This document shows positions 1-12,545 of a DNA stretch of 64,000 nucleotides, in pieces. Position 1 is the first letter of the stretch, and every line of letters begins with the position of its first letter. Source of the DNA: Octopus sinensis (lineage: Eukaryota); contig NW_021836147.1 of assembly GCF_006345805.1 (NCBI RefSeq), positions 41,205 to 105,204 of the forward strand, written 5' to 3'. Both the position numbers and the translations under genes were made by a program. The notes under the pieces are model-generated. The model had not been told where the DNA came from and searched no databases. It was given only the letters and a program-made list of their open reading frames with translations.

Positions 1-492
1 TCACTAAACCGAGTCTTTTTTACTTCAAAGCTTTGAACTAAGCTTTATTGCCAATTCTTCAACTGATAATGCAGGATTTTCTTCAAGTAATGCCTCAAGA
101 AGCTTATCACTAAACTCAACTGGGCGTCCTGTTTGAACTTCATCTTCAAGGCTGAAATCTCCACTTCTGAATTTTGCAAACCATCTTTTGCAAGTTCTTT
201 CATTCAAGCATTCTTTCCAATAAACTGAGTGTATATTTTGAGTCGCTTCGGCTGCAGGGTTTCCTTTTTTGTACTCATAGAGCATTATGTGCCTTAAATG
301 CTCTTTGGATACTTCCATGTTGGAAAATCAAAGAAATTCTAATTCTATTATTCTGTAAAATAATACTTAATTTAAATGTACCCAAATGCATAAAAATAAT
401 TTTTAGTTCCATTAGACATTCTATAATGCTATTAAATTTCATTCAATTTTAAAAAAGGTAAAATCGGACAGAACTTATGGGATGATCTGATA
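1..492 (-). mobile_element. mariner (Tc1/mariner) element, 5' part; runs off the window start
   Basis: ORF 25-318 encodes a mariner-type N-terminal HTH (LRHIMLYEYKKG..AAEA..NI..V.....ERTCKRWFAKFRSGDFSLED..QTGRP). The terminus reads TATCAGATCATCCCATAAGTTCTGTCCG on minus, flanked by TA at 493-494. Confidence 0.85.
25..318 (-). pseudogene. mariner transposase N-terminal DNA-binding domain, prematurely terminated
   Basis: 97-aa ORF with HTH motifs; the stop comes before the WVPHEL motif and the DDD domain. Confidence 0.8.
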
Positions 493-2631
493 TACGGTAA
501 TTTAGTCTTCTAAATCATTATCTTTAAAAGACAATATATTGGACAAGTTATAGCAAACAGAACGGCGCTTGACATTGTTTCTATAGTATGAAAGGCCCTT
601 CTTATAATTTCAAGCAAAATACCTGCGTATTTATCTGAGTTAGATGGAAATTGATAAAGAGCATGTTCTAATTCAGAAAAGTTTGCTTTAATCAAAATCT
701 GGCAGAATTTAACTTATTTCATTTGTCCTCTTCCTTCTGTTATATTAGAGTAAGCCTTTTTTTATTTTATTAAAATCTAAAGCTTAATAAGTATAAAATA
801 TTGGTGAACAATTTCGGCAAAAAGTATATATTGACAAATATGATGCTATAAGGATTCATACCTACGCATATATCGCCATCAATTCAGTAACTGTTATCAT
901 ATTCGTATGGCTTGAACAACACAGAACAATAGCGGTATAGATAGAGGCAAACTATCCATCCTCCTTAACATAATCCTCCACAGAGTTGTTTTGTGCTGTC
1001 ACTATCACCAGCATCACTAACAACAACAACAATAACAAAGCAACAAAGGCAAGGATAACAACTGTTTAGAAAATATCTTTGTAATTCTTTATTGTTTTTT
1101 TTTTACGTTTTTGGGGATATGGCTTACATGTCTGTAAAGAAGTATTCAACAGATAATGGCAGTTTTGCTATTCATTGTGAATAGGTAGGACATATCTTTG
1201 TAAGTGCTCACATTGCTTTATTCCTAAATATAGTAGGCCACAAGTGCTTACTGCTGCAGCAAAATCGGAAGCTCTCTTGTCTATATAGATCTGAGATAAT
1301 TTTCATATTGCCTGATTTCAGTTTCACAAAGGCAGATGGCAATGTCTCTCGATTGACATCATTTAACATATAATGGTGCATAACAAACAATCAAGCAAGG
1401 AAACAAAAATAACAATCTAAATAATGATAAAGATATTGGAATTGATTGAATCAATATGGCTTACTGTCAAAAAATGTCATTAAGGAAATATTTAATGTTA
1501 GAAAGGTTTTTTATTACGCTCCCAAAATTCAACAAAGAAGACAAGTATTTCAGTTTGCTACTGGTAGTATGGAATGAAGCTTTTAAGTAAATCGTTACGC
1601 ATTACGAATTAAAAAATATTGTGTGTAGTTAATTCTAAAACTGTATTTAAAAGGGTGTTGCTGCTCTGCGACAGCAAACACTTATCTTTAAATTATATAT
1701 TCGCACACTTGCATACAAGCATGTAGTTTGTGTAGGATGAGTTACTGCTATTAGAGTGTAGAAGATATATTAGCAATTCAGATACACGCAAAAGCTATTA
1801 ACGTCATTTAATAATTTATTTAGTTCGTCGTATTATCTGCCACCTTGTCACTGACAGTTTCACAGCAACTGGTCTGAAACAAGTTTGTTGGCCAGTATAT
1901 ATAGGCCTCAAAGTTTAAAAAATACCGTTTTTCTCACCTGTATAGGTCTGTCATTCTGTTTGTCATTGCCTAATGTTCATTGCAGGTAGTTCATTTGAAT
2001 TTTTGGTTGAAGTTTAAGTTTGTGGTATGTATACTCTCTTCTTTTCTTCTCCCAGTGCGGCACTTATTTCAGTGTGCTGTTGTATAGCTGAATCATAACT
2101 TAATGACTTTAAAGAGAATTTATCAGCCCATCACGGAAGAGAATAACTGTAGGAATGGTAGTAGTATTAGCAATACGTGTCAAAGTAACTTTGTGGCATG
2201 TATCATAAACTCACATATCAGCTACAAAGTCTGAAATATTGTATTCTGGATACGATGCCTGGAAGAAACATATACAGACTTCTCAAGATGCTACGTAGAT
2301 GAAGTTTCCCGGAGGATTAACGAAAGAGTCAGCAGGTACTGGAACGGCAAAGACGAAGAAAGATCTAATTCCGTTTTCTCCCAACTCGTATTAGATTGTC
2401 ATAATGGCTCCATAAGAAACTTAATTTAGATATTTTAACTATTCGTACGTCTGATACTTTATTAAGGCAGGTCACAGAGTCCGTCTACATACCAGTGTGT
2501 AAGTCTAACTTCTTCCACCAGTCCGAATGTGGTGACATCAGTACACTTCACGTAAGCGGTCTTCAGTTCTCATCCGTTATAAAAGATATGTTGCCAGAGA
2601 CTCTCAATGGTTTACTGTTATACTGTTATAT

Positions 2632-3000
2632 GACGCAGACATGGTGGTAAGAAGTTTGCTTCCTCAAGAAAATGATTGGGTTCAGTTCCATACATGGCAC
2701 CTTGGGCAAGTATCTTCTACAACAGCCTTGAACTGACTAAAGCCTTAATGAAACTAAACGAAGCTCGTCGTACATATATATGCGTATGTGTGTGTTTGTA
2801 TCTGTATTCGACCCTTGCCACCGCTAGACAACCGGTGTTGCTGTGTTTATGTAGCCGTAACTTAGCGGCTCGGCAAAAGTGACCGACAGAATAAGAATTA
2901 GGCTTAAAAAATAAGTACTGGGGTTGATTCAGTCGACTAAAAATGCTTCAAGGCGGTGCCCCAGCATGGCCACAGCCTAATGACTGAAACATGTAAAAGA
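2632..3000 (+). mobile_element. SINE family A (local label), diverged copy
   Basis: Degenerate tRNA-like head (GGGTTCAGTTCC B-box), central (TA/TG)n, tail GGCGGTGCCCCAGCATGGCCACAG..CTGAAAC. Colinear with the copies at 9468, 21346, 52691, 55662 and 59437. Confidence 0.8.
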
Positions 3001-4791
3001 TAATATTTGTATATGCACAAACACGGGCACACACACACACACACATACACGCATATGTACAAATATACATATATACATATGCATACATATGAAATAATGT
3101 GTGCCCTAGTAATTAATGTGAAGTATTCATTATCGTAAGGTCGTGAGTTTCCATTCATGGACCAGGCGGTGCGTGTGTCCTTGAGCAAAGAATATAATTT
3201 ATTTGTATGTGTATATATATATGTGTGTGTGTGTGTGTATGTGTGTGCGTGTGTGTCTGTGTGCGTGTGTGTCTGTGTGTGTGTGTATGGCGGGGAGCCA
3301 ATACACTTTTCTCAAATGACCGAATCCACCTAGGTACTTCAGGGTTGTAAACTGTGTAAGTTTGCATGTATAAATAGGCTTATGGGTACATATACACGTG
3401 TGTGATTAGCCTTATAGATTGAACATTCGAATACTGTTCACCGATCATATATTTCTTATCAATTGTACATTGATCTTAGTTTAGCAATATAGATTATTAT
3501 GTTCAGGAGGAGTACTACGTTCAATTTTTAAATGAGTGAAAGTTTTGAATTGAGTGTAAAATTTAAAACCATTTCAACATTTTGTTTTTGGTTGAAGTAA
3601 TCATTTATCTTTTTTATGTTCTCGTGCATAAGAAGCTCGTCTTACAACCACGATTCCTTGCGTTACACCTTGTGCAAGAGTTTTCTAACCTCGGGTTGAC
3701 CCGTGCCCTGAGAATGGAATTTGATAAGTGCAATTTGAAAGTCAGCATAAAATTAACTCATACTGAATTTCATGATTCAATACATAATAAATAGCTGATT
3801 AACTTAAATCAATTATTCATATTAAATTATTCATACATGCAATTTTTATCACAATTTTTTTCCTGATTTAATGATGAAAATGATAAAGATGAGGAGACGA
3901 AGAATAATATTCTACAACTATTACTACTTCCGCTATTTACATTTAAGTGCAGAATTTTTTCAGCTGTTAGCCATAACGCATAAGTGTGAAAATTTATTTT
4001 TTCAGTGCCATTACTAACTTTCATGAGAGTTCTGCTGCCGTTTCAACTTATAAGAATTTATTTAACTAATGATAATTTGAATAAGAGCTAACGCTATTTC
4101 CAGTCCGCAGCTGCAACTGACCGTGTTAAAGGAAACTCATCACTTTATATAAGTCATCCTATTTGCACCTTCTATTAAAAATGTTTGAGCAGCTTTACCA
4201 ATCTATAGCCCGTTCTTTGTCACTGTTTCTATGATTGACAGGTACACTTTTCTGGAGGTCAGACTGTCATAAGAAATAACCAGTGATGAAATGCTTTAGA
4301 CGGCACCACTGTTCCCTTGCTGGTATCTTTAGAAACTCCATATTTCAGATTCGAATATATTCAACGAAGACAAAAACGCCAACGAATTATAAAGGATATA
4401 TTATCTGGATAATTTAATCTGTCCTAATCCAATTATCGGTAACTATGAAAAATTACTTGACACTTGTGAAATGGTTAGTTATTCTAAAGGAAGTAAATGT
4501 TTCAATTCAAAATTCATAGGAGTTTCGGATAAGTTTAATTATTGGGAGACACGTAGAACCTAATGTTTTGTGTTTGGCCCTTCATCTGCAAGTGAGCACC
4601 AGAATGGAGTAAGGAGTAAGGCTTAGAGAGAGAGAGGTCATGTGAGAGAATCAGTTATGTTAGGGACGATGTGAATTAAATGAGTTGGAGAGCAAAAGAT
4701 TAGAGAGGGTAAGTAGAAAGAACCAGAGCCACGAATACGACAAAATGAAAGGTGAGAAGTTCAAATAAACGGCGAAGTCGCGAAAAATAAG

Positions 4792-4797
4792 TAGAGA

Positions 4798-4862
<65 letters not shown>
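4792..4862. repeat. (GA)n microsatellite
   Basis: Directly visible. Confidence 0.95.
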
Positions 4863-4867
<5 letters not shown>

Positions 4868-5092
4868 AAGGTTTCTTTTCATCCAGCGACTATGTACAAG
4901 ATCCTTCATCATCTCGTTTATCATACTTACTATACTGCTTCCAGGAATAGCTTTGTTATTCAATAAATTTTCGGGATGAAATTAGCGAATAAGTAAACTA
5001 CCAGCATGGAAGACACATTAAAGTTTATACTGCATGCCAAATAAAACCTAGGTGTGTATACATTATGCATGCATATGTGCCTAATTATGCAC

Positions 5093-5098
<6 letters not shown>

Positions 5099-5190
<92 letters not shown>

Positions 5191-5192
5191 TA
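5099..5192. repeat. (TA)n microsatellite
   Basis: Directly visible. Confidence 0.95.
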
Positions 5193-5505
5193 ATACTTCA
5201 AATATACCGTAAATGGTCCTTTTACATACCGAATACTGCTTGGTCGAATTGATTAACAATTAATTAATTCTACCCTTTTTTACTGACAATATAATGATTT
5301 CTCTCCAAGAATTTGAACTACAGTTTTCGCCTCTGTAGAAATGCACTACTCTATGACTCACGTGGGTGGACAGGGAGAATAATAGATCTCATTTGTATTT
5401 TTGGATTCGCTAGTACTGGGTGTCCAGCATAGTTTGTCCGATGTTACAGATATCGGATGGGTATGTTTGGTTCTTAGTATTTTCAAATCCAAATCAGAAG
5501 AAATC

Positions 5506-5567
5506 TCTGAGCTGATGAAGGAAAAGTGGCGTTTAACCCACGAATCCAGAAACAGGCTGTTCTCGGG
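5506..5567 (+). ncRNA. type I hammerhead-ribozyme-like motif
   Basis: UCUGAG-CUGAUGA-A-GGA..GUGG..CCAC..UCC-A-GAAA-CA-GGC-UG-U-U-CUCGGG: 6-bp stem I (2 G.U), two-part stem II, 3-bp stem III, predicted cleavage after GUU (5561). Confidence 0.6.
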
Positions 5568-5764
5568 TATCTTATATGGATGTGATCTTTCATTGTTTTT
5601 CCCTTATACCTATGTGAGTTATTTTCTGAGTATGCATTGTCTGGAGACTTTTACTTGCAGTTGAAGAAATAGCCAAATTTTTGGCTGCTATTTCTGAAAA
5701 GTTCGGTGTGCGGTAAAGTGATTTTTTTTACTTTACCATATTTTTATAAATTAATACTATATAT

Positions 5765-5772
5765 ATATAGAT

Positions 5773-5851
<79 letters not shown>

Positions 5852-5852
5852 T
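5765..5852. repeat. (GATA)n microsatellite
   Basis: Directly visible. Confidence 0.95.
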
Positions 5853-6559
5853 ACGGGTGTGTGTGATTGTGTATAGAAGAATATATTAATAAAAGGAATT
5901 CGAACCTTGTCTGATTTTCACGTTTTATTTACAATCTTATAATGATATAATATAAGATAATATAATATAATAAAATAAAATATAGAATGCTAAATGTTCA
6001 TTCTGATTGAACTAGTACTTTCATGCATTAAATTCTGCAATCTTCAGGTTCATGTAGTAGTGGTGACAGTCATGCTTCACAATTTTTGACTGTATATATA
6101 TGACTATATATATATGAGGAGCAGAAGTGTAGTCTATAAATGCTTATCAATATAGGATTCCATTATAGGGACAACACTTCTGCGAAACGATCGTGAGATG
6201 CTTTAAAAATTTAATTCGAAACTTTTAAATTGCCATATGTATTATTATATATTATATATTCATACTTATACATATTTACATATAATTTTATATATATTTA
6301 TATTTTTAATACAACAATTATTCTACACACGTATATATCTGTCGGAAGAATTCTCTGATATTGATTTCCTGATATTAAGAATATATTATATGGTATATAT
6401 ATATATATAATGTACATACGCAATACACATATATATAACACATGTATGCCTTTACGAATAATAAGAGAGCACCTACAGTTGACCTGACAGAAATAGAAGA
6501 AAAGAAGGACACAAAGAATGTTTTCCGAAATGCATTCTTGGAAAAATACGAAATGGTTA

Positions 6560-7960
6560 TAGATGGGACGCTTTAATCATAAGTCATCTGGATCAGGTCT
6601 GACCAGCAACTAAACAATACAATAACGATGCATATTCTGTAAGGCGTGTGTCATTTTCTAGTAATATGGGCTTCAAAACAGAATTACTTTCAATTACTAA
6701 TTGTAATATACAAAAAAACGTAAGTGACGTAGTCGAATACTCCAAAATTATTGGCATGATTCTTCTTTAACTTATCACGTTTCTAACTCAAAACCTATTA
6801 CACTAGTACAGTCAGACTTTGTTATTATCATTGTTGAAACTGATGAATATTTGTCTTACCTGAGAGTAACTGAGATCTCTGCAGATTCATGATCAACTGA
6901 AACTTCAGTTTATACAATAGATCCTCAACGCTTCTTTATTTTTCAACAGTATCTTAACTTTAATTATTTTCTGTTTGCTCTGGTTTCATAATGCCTGAAT
7001 ACTTCCCTTTCTAGTTTACATAATACTCTATTTGATACGACTAAGATATATCACTTCAATGTTCATTGTATTTATTTTTGTTTTCAACAATAAAACTTCA
7101 AAGAATTGTTACAGAGCTAATCATCAGTCATTTAATCCCTGGTTTACTTTAATGATATCTTTTCGTTTTTAAACACTATTATTCGCTGAATCTCTCATCA
7201 GATTTTATTTTATCTAAGATATGTTTCCTGCAGCTTGTGTGAACTTTAAAGGACATGTATAGATTCTGGAAGCCAGAAACTTCCTTATTAACTTACCTTT
7301 GTTTGATATAATGTGTACAATTTTCTTGTCAGAATTATCTAGTAATCCATATTATATAATTTCTATAATACTCTTAACTGCAAGATTTATTCAAAATCTA
7401 ATTCAGGAGAAAACAAACAGTTTTACAAATTTTAATCCGTCGTTGCTTAGACTCCAAATTACTTTACTACTAAATTAATAACGCGATACGAAACTGAAAA
7501 GTGAGATAATTCTATACTTTAATTTTAAATATTTCACTTTCTTCAAGTTAAATTTCAAATTTCATGTCGGAGTAGGTGACGGATGGAAGCTCTTTTTCTA
7601 GCGTTAATTCTATTCCACAAAGTCTTCGATTTACGCCTTTCGTTTGGTGAATCTTAAAAACAATTCCACACCAGCAGACCTTTTTTTATATTTATCATTC
7701 TTATATTTATTCCTCAATCCTTTCCTGTATGCAGTCGTGGAAGCTTTTTTCATAGAATTTATGGAATTGAAGATGAGCGATACTTTTACTTACAGTAAGG
7801 AGTTTTTAGGAAGTGATTCTGCTGCTCCTTTTTTGATCTCTTCCAGGATGTTACTCTGTAGTATTTGTAAGTGAATCATATATCTCCATCTTTAGTTTCG
7901 TTTTGGATCTGTGCTTGTGGTGGCTCAATCTTGGCACGTACTTTTTCAGCAGCATAATCT
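6560..7960 (-). mobile_element. highly decayed RTE-like LINE ORF2 remnant
   Basis: Minus-strand translation gives ILEEIKKGAAESLPK..TAYRKGLRNKYK..KRSA (EN-RT linker-like) and KILLKIKKR (pre-RT motif-like), with many stops and frameshifts. Confidence 0.4.
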
Positions 7961-7987
7961 CATTGAACTTGATGTTTTTCATCTTCT

Positions 7988-8010
7988 GTTCTTAAAATTA
8001 TTATTATTAA

Positions 8011-8054
<44 letters not shown>

Positions 8055-8460
8055 TATTATTATTATTATTATTGAGTGAGAGAGCAGTGCATGCCATCAA
8101 AGTGACACTGGGGTAAAATATACGAAGCCCAGTATACCCATCATGACTACCCGTCTGATAAGGGTACTCTAGGCACATGCATCACAACCATATGTGCACG
8201 ACATGGTGATCTCATATCAAGATAAACAGCACATGACCTTGCAGGTGGGGCCCAGTTAGAATTTTCTTCTGGTCGAGTAACTCATCCCGCTCAAAACGTC
8301 CCTGAATAAGGGTTGTTTAAGTATGTTGAACGAAAAACCCATTTTTCGAGAGGCGAATTATTCAAACCCCAAAGCATCCCTCTCAATACATGGCTGTGAT
8401 GCTCCCCCACTATTTCTGATCGTGATCAGAGATGCACATATCGCCAGCCACTAAGGAACA
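7988..8460 (-). mobile_element. unclassified non-LTR-derived repeat ending in an (AAT)n tail
   Basis: About 390 bp of higher-GC sequence ends on minus in an (AAT)n run (7988-8072); no coding motif recognised. Confidence 0.5.
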
Positions 8461-8567
8461 TGCAAATCTGTAGTATTGAGCAGAATATTTGCTCTAGCCC
8501 ATCTTTTATACCAAGACAAAACAATGTACATGATAACACTTCCAATCAGTTAAGATCAGAAGCCACT

Positions 8568-8787
<220 letters not shown>

Positions 8788-8789
8788 GT

Positions 8790-8975
8790 GGCACTGGGCA
8801 AAATACATAGCTGCATTTCAGCCGTCTTTACATTCTGAGTTCAAATTCCACCAAAGTTGACTTGCCTTTCATCTTTTGGGGTTGATAAAATTAGCACCAT
8901 TGAAGACTGGGATCGACTAACTCCCTTCCTCAACATTTCAGGCCTTATACCTTATAGTAGATAATATTATTACTA
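8790..8975 (+). mobile_element. SINE family B, diverged copy
   Basis: GAGTTCAAATTCC B-box followed by the family core GACTTGCCTTTCATCTTTTGGGGTTGATAAA. Confidence 0.65.
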
Positions 8976-9217
8976 ATACTTATAACAATGATGCATAGTC
9001 ACAAATTTTAAGGGAAGAGTGCAGTCAACTGACCGAACCAGTATTTCGCTTCTACTTGATCATATTGAGAGATGATTGGTAAATCCACTTCCAGTGAGAT
9101 TTCAATTTAGAAGATAATGAACATGTCTACTGCACAATATTTTATCTAGTGCTCTATCAATTCTCCATTCTACCTTCCTTGTGATAATAATATTTATTTC
9201 TTATAAGAACATTATAT

Positions 9218-9410
9218 CTCTTTTACTTGTTTCAGTCACGTGACTATGGCCATGCTGGAGTACCGCCTTTAGTCAAGCAAATCGACCCCAGGACTTGTTC
9301 TTTGTAAGCCTATTGGTTTCTTTTGCCAAACCGCTAAGTTACGGAGACGTAAACACATCAGCATCGGTTGTCAAGCAATGTTGGGTAGACAAACACAGAT
9401 ACTCAAACAT

Positions 9411-9469
<59 letters not shown>

Positions 9470-9963
9470 CGCAGGAGTGGCTGTGTGGTAAGTATCTTGC
9501 TAACCAACCACATGGTTCCGGGTTCAGTCCCACTGCGTGGCATCTTGGGCAAGTGTCTTCTGCTATAGCCCCGGGCCGACCAATGCCTTGTGAGTGGATT
9601 TGGTAGACGGAAACTGAAAGAAGCCTGTCGTATATAAGTATATATATGTGTGTATGTGTGTGTGTTTGTCCCCCTAGCATTGCTTGACAACCGGTGCTGG
9701 GGTGTTTACGTCCCCGTCACTTAGCGGTTCGGCAAAAGAGACCGATAAAATAAGTACTGGGCTTACAAAGAATAAGTCCCGGGGTCGATTTGCTCGACTA
9801 AAGGCCGCAGTCAAATGACTGAAACAAGTAAAAGAGAGTAAAGAGTTTATACATGTATACGACGGACCTCTTTCAGTTTCCGTCTACCAAATCCACTCAC
9901 GAGGCTTTGGTCGACCCGAGGCTTTGGTAAGCAAGCTACTTACCACACAGTCACTCCTACGCC
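9218..9963 (-). mobile_element. SINE family A (minus), split by a nested plus-strand copy
   Basis: 3' half at 9218-9420 and 5' half/head at 9846-9963 are both reverse complements of the family A sequence. Confidence 0.85.
9468..9845 (+). mobile_element. SINE family A, full-length, nested
   Basis: GGCGCAGGAGTGGCTGTGTGG A-box region, GGGTTCAGTCCC B-box, central (TG)n, tail ending CTGAAACAAGTAAAAGAG. A short deletion removes part of the tail. Confidence 0.9.
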
Positions 9964-9974
9964 TATGTGCAATT

Positions 9975-10853
9975 ATTCTTTTTTTTCTACTCTAGGCACA
10001 AGGCCCGAAATTTGGGGGAGGGGGCCAGTCGATTAGATCGACCCCAGTACGCACCTGGTATTTAATTTATCGACCCGTAAGGATGAAAGGCAAAGTCGAT
10101 CTCGGTGGAATTTGAACTCAGAACATAAAGACAGACGAAATAATTCTAAGCATTTTGCTCGGTGTGCTAACGATTCTTATTTCTTTGTTGCCCACAAGGG
10201 GCTAAACATAGAAGGGACAAACAAGGACAGACAAAGGGATTAAGTCGATTACATCTCGACTCCAGTGCGTAACTGGTACTTAATTTATCGACCCCCAAAA
10301 GAATGAAAGGCAAAGTAAGACCTCAGCGGAATTTGAACTCAGAACATAAAGACTGACGAAATACTGCTAAGCATTTCGCCTAGTGTGCTAACATTTATTT
10401 CTTAATTGCCCATAAGGGGCTAAACACAGAGGGGACAAACAAGGACAGAGAAAGCGATTAAGTCGATTACATCTCGACCCCAGTGCGTAACTGGTACTTA
10501 ATTTATCGACGCCAAAAGGATGAAAGGCAAAGTAGGACCTCAGCGGAATTTGAACTCAGAACATAAAGACTGACGAAATACTGCTAAGCATTTCGCCTAG
10601 TGTGCTAACATTTATTTCTTAATTGCCCATAAGGGGCTAAACACAGAGGGGACAAACAAGGACAGACAAAGCGATTAAGTCGATTACATCTCGACCCCAG
10701 TGCGTAACTGGTACTTAATTTATCGACCCCAAAAAGATGAAAGGCAAAGTAGGACCTCAGCGGAATTTGAACTCAGAACGTAACGGCAGACGAAATACTG
10801 CTAAGCATTTCGCCCGGCGTGCTAACGTTTTCTGCCAGCCAGCTCGCTGCCTC
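9975..10853 (-). mobile_element. head-to-tail array of four SINE family B units
   Basis: Units start near 9975, 10178, 10395 and 10612; the period between the last units is 217 bp. Only the rightmost unit keeps the full 5' end (GGCAGCGAGCTGG). Confidence 0.9.
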
Positions 10854-12213
10854 AATGTGTGCACTTATTACAATACAATACAATACTCTCTGTGCAAGAC
10901 ATAACATATATTTAGTTAAAGCTGATTTGTTATTTATGCTTACAATTGAAATCCACTGGCAACCAAATTTAAATCCCATCCCATCCTCAGTCTTTCTCTT
11001 CCTGTCTCCCTCTCCCTCCCTCTCTCTCCCTCCCTCTCTCTCTCTCTCTGTTACTAACCAGCATTAATATACAAGTATTGAATTGAAGTATGTCTTCAAA
11101 TGGCTTTATAAATACATTGATGTACAAGATTTATTTGATGGTTGATAATAATCGAAGGTGTAATTACCTTCCATTCCATTGAAGACAAAATCTTGCTACT
11201 TTATATATATATTTTTTTTTTGCTTGTTTTTGTTTTCGTTGTTAGATTGTTTTATTTCCTTGCTATTAATATGTATATAATGTTTCATGACAACAATAAA
11301 CAGCAAGGTACTACCGCTATAGAAAATGAAATATATATAAATGGTTACAAATTACACAGATAGATTATCCAAATTGAAATGATATTATAATTGGCAGCTT
11401 CTGGACAGAATAATGATTAACATTATTAGAACTACAGTAATCACTGCTTCCAACACTCTTTTACCCAACTCTGCAATCTATAGTTTCTATCTCTGGTGTT
11501 TTCAGATCTTTATCAATTTTCATCATATTCATTAATATTTATTGCTATTCCTTTTTAATGCCCTATTTAAAGCACATAAGGACGGAGAACCAAAGTGAAT
11601 AAAAATTATCTGGTTTTCAATTGCATCCTTCAGTGAACAATTAACTTATCAAAGAAAGAAAATCTGTTTTAAGAATGGCTTATCAAATATTAGGAGTTAA
11701 AATGACATAATGTATCAAAGAAATTTCTAGCATTTATTGTAAAAAGTAAAAACCAAAATAAATATTTGCTTTACTTAATGGTAAATCTCAAGGTATTTGC
11801 TTTTTGACAGAAACCAGAATGCTGTTTGCTAAACCTGAAATTCAGAATGCAATTTTCTAGACTTAAACTATTTACTTTTTCTACCTAATGTTGCTTGCTA
11901 GCCAATAATTTAAAATTAATTTGAAAGATGACAGAAATTAGTTGCTTTCTCATCTTCTATGCCATCATCACCAAACATCAGATGCCACAACTGATTTACT
12001 GGCATTAGTTAGAACATCTATTTTCAAATGATTTCATCAGTGTGTTTATCAAATGTCTTTGTCAATAAATGTACTTTAATGAAGTACAGACAAATATGGT
12101 AATCATTTTTAAGGAAATTGTAAATGGGAATTTTGCTTTAATGGTATCATTTTCCTTAGTCCTCAATAGCCTTTTTGATCATCCTTATGATAGTTTACTT
12201 AAGAAAGATGAGC

Positions 12214-12545
12214 TGCATCATGGAATAAGATACATCATAGAATAATGATTCATCATAAAATAAGATACATCATAGAATAACGATGAATCATAGAATAATG
12301 ATGCATCATGGGATAAGACATCATAGAATAATGAGGCATTATTGGATAAGGTACATCATAGAATAATGTTGCATCATGAAATAAGATACATCATGGAATA
12401 AGTATGAATCATAGAATAAGCTACATCGTAGAATAATGATGCATCATGGGATAGGAAATCATAGAATAATGATGCATCATTGGATAAGGTACATCATAGA
12501 ATAATGTTGCATCATGAAATAAGATACATCATGGAATAATGAGAC
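12214..12545. repeat. minisatellite of alternating 17/18-bp units (CATCATGGAATAAGATA / CATCATAGAATAATGATG)
   Basis: Directly visible, with a higher-order duplication of about 138 bp. Confidence 0.9.

Noticed and set aside
1965-2100. Splice-like signals around 1985-2055 with a Cys-rich short frame (AALISVCCCIAES-stop)
   Set aside because: The implied intron is only about 30 nt and the neighbouring frames close quickly; not supportable without transcript data.
5386-5664. Exon-like open frames on both strands with GTGAGT donors
   Set aside because: Weak acceptors, no recognisable protein, and the segment is better explained as a hammerhead-bearing repeat terminus.
6860-6896. 37-nt minus-strand micro-exon candidate (TTTCAG|...CTCAG|GTAAGA, VDHESAEISVTL)
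   Set aside because: It lies within the decayed RTE-like RT region just after KILLKIKKR, so the splice-like signals are more likely coincidental.
9975-10853. CRISPR-like regular repeat
   Set aside because: Units are 217-bp SINE copies with no unique spacers, the context is eukaryotic, and there are no cas genes.
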